Below, in pieces: positions 45,807 to 52,473 of a DNA stretch of 55,309 nucleotides. The notes under the pieces are model-generated. The model did no database searches. It was not told the DNA's origin and saw nothing but the letters and a program-made list of their open reading frames with translations. Each line of letters starts with the position of its first letter. Position 1 is the first letter of the stretch. The position numbers and the translations under genes were made by a program. The stretch covers positions 1 through 55,309 of the forward strand of contig CAZQUN010000006.1 in the NCBI GenBank assembly GCA_964596615.1, written 5' to 3'. The DNA comes from an uncultured Candidatus Saccharibacteria bacterium. GTDB lineage: Bacteria > Patescibacteriota > Minisyncoccia > Portnoybacterales > UBA2143.

Positions 45807-46079
45807 ATGACCAAAAAATTACAAAAAAGTCGGGCTTATGATGACCCAGATATTTACTGGGCAACTTTTGATTTGGGTTGTGCCTCTGCCGTCATCACAG
45901 CAGGATTTGAACTTATTTCATTAGAAAAATCCAATCCACGCAAAGTCCAATTTATCTTTCGCCGAGAAGTCGGAATAGAAAAAGTCGTTGATGACTACTG
46001 GGCAGACCGCTTAGAAATTAAGGCACGAACATTTTTTGATAATGTCAAAATGTTAAAAAATCGTATCTACAGCGAATAA
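45807..46079 (+). CDS. Small protein resembling DUF5659-type proteins of small mobile elements
   Basis: 90 aa containing TFDLGCASAVITAGFELISLEKSNPRKVQFIFRRE...DDYWADRLEIKARTFFDNVKMLKNRIY. The family assignment is from memory of the pattern only. Confidence 0.4.
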   Translation: MTKKLQKSRAYDDPDIYWATFDLGCASAVITAGFELISLEKSNPRKVQFIFRREVGIEKVVDDYWADRLEIKARTFFDNVKMLKNRIYSE

Positions 46080-46081
46080 AT

Positions 46082-46279
46082 ATGCTATCGGAAGAACAAA
46101 TCACAAAATTCCAGATACTTTATAGAAATCGCTTCGGCAAAGAAATTAGCCGAGAAGAAGCCTATGAAAAAGGAAGTAAGCTTATTCGGCTTGTGGAACT
46201 AATTTATAAGCCAATGACAAAAAATGACTATAAACGACTACAAAAACGCCGCAAGGAAACCGAAAAAGATTTGACTTAA
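46082..46279 (+). CDS. Small protein, unknown
   Basis: 65-aa ORF starting 3 nt after the previous stop. Confidence 0.5.
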   Translation: MLSEEQITKFQILYRNRFGKEISREEAYEKGSKLIRLVELIYKPMTKNDYKRLQKRRKETEKDLT

Positions 46280-46341
46280 AAATTACGCTTGGAGTATTCC
46301 CCGAAATTTCGGGACAACAAAATTAAGTCATTAAGACAATT

Positions 46342-47544
46342 ATGGATACTTCAAGACAAATAAAAAAGCAGGATTATATGCTTGATACGATAGCTATAAA
46401 AGTAATACACCCAGAATTTAAGGTTGCCAACCCCAACCTTTTTACTCCTGCTTTTGTCATTCAAAGCAATTATTTTAATTATCAATACGGACACAATAGA
46501 TTTAGAAAATACAAACAAAATCCAAGTGCCCAAGATAAGCAAAATGACATACACAATCCACGCCTTACGGCTTATCAACGATTTAGAGAAAATATACCAA
46601 CCTATGACTTGCACATTGAATTTTCCATACCAAAACTGATTTTGGGGAATAGCGTCCAAGAATTAGAAGATAGCGACCTCAAAACAATAATCTCATTGCT
46701 AAAAACACGCCTTTTCAGAATGGGTATAGAGGTATCCGAAAAAGCATTAAACGACGCCGTTGTGGTAAAAGCACATTTCGGGAAGAATATACCATTATCG
46801 CACCAATTAACGGCACAGGACGCAATTTCTGGACTTTACAAGGCAGATTTAGGCAAAAGGAAAGATATAAACATAAGGCATTACGGGAACGATGGGCAAG
46901 CACTCTATTTCTACGCTTCATCTGCCAACATTATTTTCTATGATAAGCTACGAGATATAGCTACGCCAAAAAACAAAGCGATGGACAAAATCAAACTCAA
47001 ACAGGAAAAACAATTGCTACAAGGAATGGACATAGATAAACAACAAGAAATACTGCGATTTGAAGTTAGACTAACAAGACAACAAAGCCTTAATGCCTTT
47101 TTATCAAAAGCTCTTGATTCAAAGATTGAAAAAATAACCTTTGAAAAAATATTCAGTAAAGAACTTTGCCAAAAAGTATTGCTTGCAAGCTGGGAAGAAA
47201 TTCTAAACAGACCAGCCAATCAATTAGCTTTGAAAATTGAAAAACCGCCAGAAGAAGTGCTTGATGTAATAATTAAAAGATTAAATACAGACCAAAAGAA
47301 AAAAGCTCATTCTCTTAACAAAACACTGGCAAGCTTTGGATTATATATGTTGATTAACCATTGCGGTGCTCGGAAAACAAGAAATAAAATTGAGAAAAAC
47401 TGGACAAATAAAAGTTGGGTGCGTTTAGGCGAAAAAGTAAAAGAATCTGCTGTAATGTTAGAAGAAATACCTACTCTGCCTATAATGAACGACATACAAT
47501 CAGCTTTAGAAAAATTTGAAAAGTATAATTGGCGAACCGAATGA
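46342..47544 (+). CDS. Putative replication initiation protein (gene II/Rep_trans-like), weak call
   Basis: 400 aa. An internal M-L-D-T-I-A-I-K-V start context and ILRFEVRLTRQQ resemble rolling-circle initiator blocks. It lies next to the recombinase in a small element. Confidence 0.3.
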   Translation: MDTSRQIKKQDYMLDTIAIKVIHPEFKVANPNLFTPAFVIQSNYFNYQYGHNRFRKYKQNPSAQDKQNDIHNPRLTAYQRFRENIPTYDLHIEFSIPKLILGNSVQELEDSDLKTIISLLKTRLFRMGIEVSEKALNDAVVVKAHFGKNIPLSHQLTAQDAISGLYKADLGKRKDINIRHYGNDGQALYFYASSANIIFYDKLRDIATPKNKAMDKIKLKQEKQLLQGMDIDKQQEILRFEVRLTRQQSLNAFLSKALDSKIEKITFEKIFSKELCQKVLLASWEEILNRPANQLALKIEKPPEEVLDVIIKRLNTDQKKKAHSLNKTLASFGLYMLINHCGARKTRNKIEKNWTNKSWVRLGEKVKESAVMLEEIPTLPIMNDIQSALEKFEKYNWRTE

Positions 47545-47563
47545 TTTATCCACTTCAATAAAC

Positions 47564-47592
47564 TTGCTTATTATTGACCAAAGCGATATAAT
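47564..47592 (+). promoter_or_regulatory. Candidate sigma-70-type promoter for the recombinase
   Basis: TTGCTT (47564-47569), then 17 nt, then TATAAT (47587-47592). Confidence 0.45.
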
Positions 47593-47598
47593 GAAAAC

Positions 47599-47712
47599 GT
47601 AGCCCAAGTTGTATTAAATCCGTAAGTTTTTTATTAGGTTTCTGTCCTTTAAGGGGCATCTGCCAGAAGCCTATCCTTACGGAAAAGCAACTGGGCTACC
47701 AGATGTCCCTTT
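47599..47712 (+). ncRNA. Rod-like structured 5' leader of the recombinase gene
   Basis: Three stacked helices are present: 47599-47611/47688-47699, 47619-47626/47676-47683, and 47636-47644/47664-47672. The apical AAGGGGCATCTG (47651-47662) is also complementary to CAGATGTCCCTT (47700-47711), which lies just before the ATG. Confidence 0.5.
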
Positions 47713-47720
47713 GAGTTTTA

Positions 47721-49490
47721 ATGGAAAATAAAACTGATAAAATTAAATACTTCCTCTACGCCAGAAAATCATCAGAGAGTGAAGACCGACAGGTTCAGTC
47801 CATTGAAGACCAAGTTAATCGGCTAAAGCAACTTGCCACTGATTTGAATTTGGATATTAAGAAAACCTATACCGAATCAAAGTCAGCCAAGAAGCCAAAC
47901 AATCGTCCTATCTTTGACGAAATGATACAAAGGATTGAAAACAAGGAAGCCGATGGGATTTTATGCTGGCAAATAAACCGATTATCCCGTAATCCGATTG
48001 ATAGCGGCAAATTAAGCTGGTTATTACAGCAAGGGACACTTAAATCAATCCAAACCATAGACCGCCAGTATCTGCCTGATGACAATGTTCTGCTCTTTAA
48101 TGTTGAGAGTGGAATGGCTAACCAGTATATTTTAGATTTAAGAAAGAATGTTAAAAGAGGCACGGAAAGCAAACTGCAAAAGGGATGGAAACCTAATCTT
48201 GCCCCGCTTGGCTACCTAAACGATAAGGCGGAAAAAACAATTATAAAAGACCCTGAACGATTTAACCTTATTCGCAAGATGTGGGACTTAATGCTAACAG
48301 GAAATTATACGCCACCAAAGATTTTAGATATTGCCAATGATGAATGGGGTTTTAGAACCAGAAAGTTTAAGAAAATCGGCGGCAAGGAATTATCCAGAAG
48401 CGGAATTTACAAAATTTTTACTAATATCTTCTACGCTGGCATTATTGATTACTATAATACTCAATATCAAGGCAAGCACGAACCAATGATAACGCTTGAA
48501 GAATATGACCGAGTGCAAATGCTTTTGGGAAGAAAAGGAAAGCCCAGACCGCAAAAACATCAATTCGCTTTTACAGGATTTATCCGTTGCGGCGAGTGCG
48601 GCTGTCTGCATACCGCAGAAATTAAAAAGAAACTCATTAAAAACACTGGCAAGATTAAAACATATACTTATTATCACTGCACCAGAAAAAAGAAAGACAT
48701 TAAATGTTCTCAAAAGAAATTCATTAAAGAGGATGATTTAGAACTACAAGTTGAAAAAGAAATAGAAAAATACACCATCCTGCCAGAATTTCTGAATTGG
48801 GCTTTAGAAGGATTAAATAACAAAAACGACAGAGAGATTGAAGACAGGACGAAAGTCTACGAAACACAGCATAAGGCAATAGCCCAGACTCAAAACGAAT
48901 TGGACGAGCTGACTAAAATGAGATACCGCCTATTGATTGATGACGAGACCTTTCTTAAAGAAAAAAACGAACTCAAAGCTAAAATAAGCCAGTTAAAAGG
49001 CAAATTAAGAGAAACCGAGAAAAGAGCCGAAAGATGGCTGGAAATAACTGAAAAGACCTTTAATTTCGCTACCTACGCTCGCCACAACTTCATTAAAGGC
49101 GGCTTAGAGACCAAGAAAGAGATTTTAATGGCATTAGGTCAGAACCCGACCATAAAGGACGGAAAACTTAGTATTAAAGGCAATGAATGGCTACAACCTA
49201 TCGCTGACGGCTATCCTGCCTTAGAAAAAGAATACCTAAGGTTAGAACCAGCCAAAAACCGCACCAATAAAGCAAAAAACGAGCAGTTATGCTCGCTTCG
49301 TGCACAATGGCTGGGGAGGAGGGATTCGAACCCCCGATCATGGAGCCAGAGTCCATTGCCTTACCGCTTGGCTACTCCCCATTATTCCTCTTCCAGATAT
49401 CTTCGGATGGCAACCAGGCTACTGACTGTCCCCAGGGCAATACCAACCCCAACCTGGAGCAGAAACAGAGCCAGAAAGTTTGTCTGGTAG
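47721..49490 (+). CDS. Large serine recombinase; the last ~70 codons are read from host sequence (terminator, antisense tRNA-Gln, antisense ftsX 3' end)
   Basis: The N-terminal resolvase domain is YARKSSESEDRQVQSIEDQ (catalytic Ser). A recombinase domain, a Zn-ribbon (CGECGC...YYHCTRKK) and a coiled coil follow. The tail ...WLGRRDSNPRSWSQSPLPYRLATPH is a typical antisense-tRNA translation. Confidence 0.9.
   Translation: MENKTDKIKYFLYARKSSESEDRQVQSIEDQVNRLKQLATDLNLDIKKTYTESKSAKKPNNRPIFDEMIQRIENKEADGILCWQINRLSRNPIDSGKLSWLLQQGTLKSIQTIDRQYLPDDNVLLFNVESGMANQYILDLRKNVKRGTESKLQKGWKPNLAPLGYLNDKAEKTIIKDPERFNLIRKMWDLMLTGNYTPPKILDIANDEWGFRTRKFKKIGGKELSRSGIYKIFTNIFYAGIIDYYNTQYQGKHEPMITLEEYDRVQMLLGRKGKPRPQKHQFAFTGFIRCGECGCLHTAEIKKKLIKNTGKIKTYTYYHCTRKKKDIKCSQKKFIKEDDLELQVEKEIEKYTILPEFLNWALEGLNNKNDREIEDRTKVYETQHKAIAQTQNELDELTKMRYRLLIDDETFLKEKNELKAKISQLKGKLRETEKRAERWLEITEKTFNFATYARHNFIKGGLETKKEILMALGQNPTIKDGKLSIKGNEWLQPIADGYPALEKEYLRLEPAKNRTNKAKNEQLCSLRAQWLGRRDSNPRSWSQSPLPYRLATPHYSSSRYLRMATRLLTVPRAIPTPTWSRNRARKFVW
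49274..49295 (-). terminator. Rho-independent terminator downstream of tRNA-Gln
   Basis: The minus strand reads CGAGCA-UAAC-UGCUCG followed by UUUUUU, 12 nt after the tRNA CCA end. The stem is only 6 bp. Confidence 0.5.
49308..49381 (-). tRNA. tRNA-Gln (anticodon CUG), CCA encoded
   Basis: The reverse complement is TGGGGAGTAGCCAAGCGGTAAGGCAATGGACTCTGGCTCCATGATCGGGGGTTCGAATCCCTCCTCCCCAGCCA. It has the U1-A72 pair and GCCAAGCGGTAAGGCA D-arm seen in bacterial tRNA-Gln, and the anticodon loop is CUCUGGC. Confidence 0.9.
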
Positions 49491-50293
49491 AAGTAAAACA
49501 GGTCAGTCCCTGGTAAATAGGACGTCACCTTGGGTGAAATATACCAGACTAATGGATACAAAATCAAGAGTGAAATCAGGGCGGCAATAACTCCGTAAAG
49601 CGCCCCTTCGACAACAAAAGGGCCTCTAACAAACCAATTACTTGCTCCAACCAGTTTCATTACCTTAATTTCCTTCCGAGCGGAGTAAATTGTTAATCGG
49701 ATGGTATTAAAACTAACAACAACCGCCATAATTGCCAGAATGACTAAAATGATGAAACCGAGTTGGCGAATAGTATTGGTAATGGAAGAAAGACGGGCGA
49801 TAACGGCTTTGTTTTCCAGGTAATTTATCTTATCAATAATTTGATCGTAACTGCTCTGGTTAAAAAAGCCGACAATGGTTTCGTATTGAGAGGCCTGCTG
49901 GGCCTTAATATTCAAACTGGCTTCTAAAGGATTGGATTCAAGTTCTTCCAGGCTTTGGATTAAAACATCATTATCCTGATGCTTTTCCTTGAATCTTAAA
50001 AGAGCCTCCTCGGTTGAAACGTATTCAACGCTTTTAACTTCTGATAATTTAATCAAATCACCTCTTAGGTTCAGAATATCATCCTCATCAGCATCAAGGT
50101 TAAAATAGACGCTAACATCAATCTTATCCTCCAGATTAGTTGTCAAAGAATCAACTAAAACATTAACTAAAAGCAAACTCGTCAGGCCCAGAATTGCCAG
50201 ACTCATGATTGAAATGGCGGCTGAGGAAAGCCATTTATTCCTCCAAAAACTTAACCAGCCAGATTTGAAAATGCGTGAAATTGTTTCAAGCAT
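49382..50293 (-). CDS. ftsX: Cell division ABC transporter permease FtsX
   Basis: 303 aa with an FtsX topology: a TM segment, a periplasmic domain and three C-terminal TM segments. It lies directly downstream of ftsE. Its stop codon abuts the tRNA-Gln 5' end. Confidence 0.88.
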   Translation of the reverse strand: MLETISRIFKSGWLSFWRNKWLSSAAISIMSLAILGLTSLLLVNVLVDSLTTNLEDKIDVSVYFNLDADEDDILNLRGDLIKLSEVKSVEYVSTEEALLRFKEKHQDNDVLIQSLEELESNPLEASLNIKAQQASQYETIVGFFNQSSYDQIIDKINYLENKAVIARLSSITNTIRQLGFIILVILAIMAVVVSFNTIRLTIYSARKEIKVMKLVGASNWFVRGPFVVEGALYGVIAALISLLILYPLVWYISPKVTSYLPGTDLFYFYQTNFLALFLLQVGVGIALGTVSSLVAIRRYLEEE

Positions 50294-50297
50294 AGTA

Positions 50298-50981
50298 TTA
50301 GAATAGGATGTATTTTCCTTTCTCGTCGTCTTTAATAACTTTTCCTTTTTCCAAGGTGATTACTCTCTTATCCAATCCGTTAATTACTTCCCGATTATGA
50401 GTTGATAAAATGACGGTTGTTCCTAATTCATTAATTTTAATCAAAAGACGGATAATTTCCCAGGCATGAAGAAGGTCTAAATTGCCGGTTGGCTCGTCAG
50501 CAATCAGGATTTCCGGCCGATGGGCCAAAGCCCGGGCAATGGCAACTCTTTGTTTTTCCCCGCCGGAAAGTTGATTAGGAAAATGGTCAGTCCTCTCAGC
50601 CAGATTGACCAGTTTTAAAAGCTGGGGAATATCTTTTTCAATATCCTGATTAGGCCGACCGCTGACTTCCATGGCAAAAGCAATATTCTCGTAAGCGGTT
50701 TTATCAGGTAGAAGACGAAAATCCTGAAAAACCATACCAATTTTTCTTCTCCACAAGGGAATATTCTTGTCAGGAATATCATTAATATCCTGCTTGTTAT
50801 ACAGAATCTGTCCTTTAGATGGTATTTCTTCCCTGATTAAAAGCTTAATCAGGGTTGTTTTGCCGGCTCCGGAGCGGCCGGCAATTGAAACAAATTCTTT
50901 GTCGTCGATATCCAAATTAATGCCTTCTAAGGCCCGGCAATCGCCCCCATATATTTTAGAAACTTTTCTGAATTTTATCAT
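50298..50981 (-). CDS. ftsE: Cell division ATP-binding protein FtsE
   Basis: Walker A is GRSGAGKTT, the ABC signature is LSGGEKQRVAIARAL and Walker B is ILIADEPTGNLD. Confidence 0.93.
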   Translation of the reverse strand: MIKFRKVSKIYGGDCRALEGINLDIDDKEFVSIAGRSGAGKTTLIKLLIREEIPSKGQILYNKQDINDIPDKNIPLWRRKIGMVFQDFRLLPDKTAYENIAFAMEVSGRPNQDIEKDIPQLLKLVNLAERTDHFPNQLSGGEKQRVAIARALAHRPEILIADEPTGNLDLLHAWEIIRLLIKINELGTTVILSTHNREVINGLDKRVITLEKGKVIKDDEKGKYILF

Positions 50982-51736
50982 TTAATATTTTCTTTAAGAA
51001 ACTTATCTAATTTGCCGTCTAGAACTGCTTCTGGATTGCCTGATTTAATTCCGGTCCGATGGTCTTTAACCATCTGATAAGGATGAAGAATATAGGAGCG
51101 AATCTGGCTTCCCCATTCAACGGCAGTTGGCTGACCCCTTAAAACCTCTTTTTCTTTTTGCCGGCTCTTTAACTGATGCTGGTAAAGTTTGCTTGTTAAA
51201 AGTTTCATTGCTGTTTTTTTGTTTTCTCCCTGAAGACGTTCGTTCTGGCAGGAAACAACAATACCGGTTGGTAAATGGGTAATCCGGACAGCTGATTCCG
51301 TCTTATTAACATATTGACCACCTGGTCCAGAGGCCTTGTAGGTTTCTACTCTTAAATCCTCCGGCCTGATTTTAATTTCTTTGACTTCTTCCAATTCAGG
51401 CAGAACTTCAACCAGAGCAAAGGAGGTGTGACGCAGATTATTAGCATTAAAAGGAGAAAGTCGGACAAGCCGATGAACTCCGGATTCTCTTTTTAAAAGA
51501 CCGTAGGCAGCAGGAGCTTTAATTATTAAAGTCGTATTTTTTATCCCAGCTTCTTTGCCTTCCTTGATTTGCAAGACCTGAGCTGACCAGTTTTTTTTCT
51601 GGGCAAATTTCAAATACATCCGTAAAAGCATTTCAGCCCAATCTTGGGCATCAACTCCTCCTGCTCCGGCGTAAATCGACAGAATCGCATTTTTCTTGTC
51701 GTAGGAATCTTTTAATTTTTCGACTACGTCTTTCAT
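50978..51736 (-). CDS. prfB: Peptide chain release factor 2 lacking N-terminal domain 1 (252 aa)
   Basis: It contains the SPF tripeptide (RLSPFNANNLRHTSF), GGQ (ASGPGGQYVNKTESAVRITH) and WGSQIRSYILHPY. The ATG is at 51736. The 29 track codons upstream are a GTG-initiated read-through of the tRNA-Thr gene. Confidence 0.85.
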   Translation of the reverse strand: MKDVVEKLKDSYDKKNAILSIYAGAGGVDAQDWAEMLLRMYLKFAQKKNWSAQVLQIKEGKEAGIKNTTLIIKAPAAYGLLKRESGVHRLVRLSPFNANNLRHTSFALVEVLPELEEVKEIKIRPEDLRVETYKASGPGGQYVNKTESAVRITHLPTGIVVSCQNERLQGENKKTAMKLLTSKLYQHQLKSRQKEKEVLRGQPTAVEWGSQIRSYILHPYQMVKDHRTGIKSGNPEAVLDGKLDKFLKENIK

Positions 51737-51765
51737 TTTATCATAATTTCTATTTTTAGCAAATG

Positions 51766-51837
51766 AGCCGAAGGTCGGACTTGAACCGACGACCTGAGCT
51801 TTACGAAAGCCCTGCTCTGCCACTGAGCTACTTCGGC
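51766..51837 (-). tRNA. tRNA-Thr (anticodon CGU), CCA not encoded
   Basis: The reverse complement is GCCGAAGTAGCTCAGTGGCAGAGCAGGGCTTTCGTAAAGCTCAGGTCGTCGGTTCAAGTCCGACCTTCGGCT. The cloverleaf folds by hand and the anticodon loop is TTCGTAA. Confidence 0.88.
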
Positions 51838-51911
51838 TGGAGCGGATGAAGGGAATCGGACCCTCGTCATCTGCTTGGGAAGCAGACGCTCTGCCATTGA
51901 GCTACACCCGC
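51838..51911 (-). tRNA. tRNA-Gly (anticodon CCC), CCA encoded, unusual T-loop
   Basis: The reverse complement is GCGGGTGTAGCTCAATGGCAGAGCGTCTGCTTCCCAAGCAGATGACGAGGGTCCGATTCCCTTCATCCGCTCCA. It has a U73 discriminator and a 4-nt variable loop, as in bacterial tRNA-Gly. The T-loop reads TCCGATT instead of TTCGATT. Confidence 0.85.
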
Positions 51912-51914
51912 CTA

Positions 51915-52343
51915 TTACTTAAAAAAATATTCCCACCATTTCCAATGATTAGGCAAATCACTTTTTCCGTTAACTTCCTGTTTCCTGGCCTGTTCCAGGC
52001 GTTCTTCTGCACTTTCGCTTTCTGAAATTTCTTCTTTACGAGGAGAAAGAATGACTACTTTTTCTCCTGGTTTTTTTAAATTAAGTTTCAGCCGGGCTTC
52101 TTTTTCCAGATATGACTCGTCCTTAAAATATTCCATCATATCAGCCAGTTGTTTGTTTTTGCCTTCAAGTTGATTAATTTCTGATTCTAACTTATTAATC
52201 TCTTTAGTCAATTGATATTTACGATAACTCTCCCGGCCAAGATTTACAACCAGGACAGATAGGATTAAAATAGCAGAGAAAAGAAAAGCCTTTGAGCTCA
52301 AAAGTTTTCTGACAAATCTTTTGGGTTGAGTTTGTTGAGTCAT
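51915..52343 (-). CDS. ftsB: Septum formation initiator (FtsB/DivIC family)
   Basis: It has an N-terminal TM segment, a coiled coil (LTKEINKLESEINQLEGKNKQL) and the YLEKEARLKLNLKKPGEKVVIL block. Confidence 0.8.
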   Translation of the reverse strand: MTQQTQPKRFVRKLLSSKAFLFSAILILSVLVVNLGRESYRKYQLTKEINKLESEINQLEGKNKQLADMMEYFKDESYLEKEARLKLNLKKPGEKVVILSPRKEEISESESAEERLEQARKQEVNGKSDLPNHWKWWEYFFK

Positions 52344-52360
52344 TTTGGTATTCTAAGAAT

Positions 52361-52465
52361 ATGAAGCCGTCAACTCAAAGAAAACTATTCCGTTCGATCT
52401 GGATTGTTCTAGCCAGTTTAGTTGTTCTGAGCATGCTGGTCTTTCTGCTTGCTCCCCTATTCTAA
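52361..52465 (+). CDS. Possible 34-aa single-TM micropeptide (below the track cutoff)
   Basis: The ATG-initiated ORF translates as MKPSTQRKLFRSIWIVLASLVVLSMLVFLLAPLF and exactly fills the ftsB-lepA gap on the opposite strand. There is no other support. Confidence 0.25.
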   Translation: MKPSTQRKLFRSIWIVLASLVVLSMLVFLLAPLF

Positions 52466-52473
52466 CAAAAAAA

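Larger units (their letters stand above)
43575..49273 (+). mobile_element. Putative integrative element carrying a large serine recombinase; the left boundary is uncertain and may extend to ~38150 to include the R-M block
   Basis: A plus-strand gene set (orphan, DUF5659-like, small ORF, Rep-like, recombinase) ends next to tRNA-Gln. A host-type terminator at 49274-49295 marks where chromosomal sequence resumes. Confidence 0.5.

Noticed and set aside
49289-49516. Plus-strand 75-aa ORF overlapping tRNA-Gln and the ftsX end
   Set aside because: It is an alternative frame of the same antisense tRNA/ftsX sequence (GFEPP is a T-arm translation) and has no independent signals.
51737-51823. N-terminal 29 codons of the track's prfB ORF (MAEQGFRKAQVVGSSPTFGS...)
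   Set aside because: This is a GTG-initiated read-through of the tRNA-Thr gene, and GSSPT is the T-arm. The real start is most likely the ATG at 51736.
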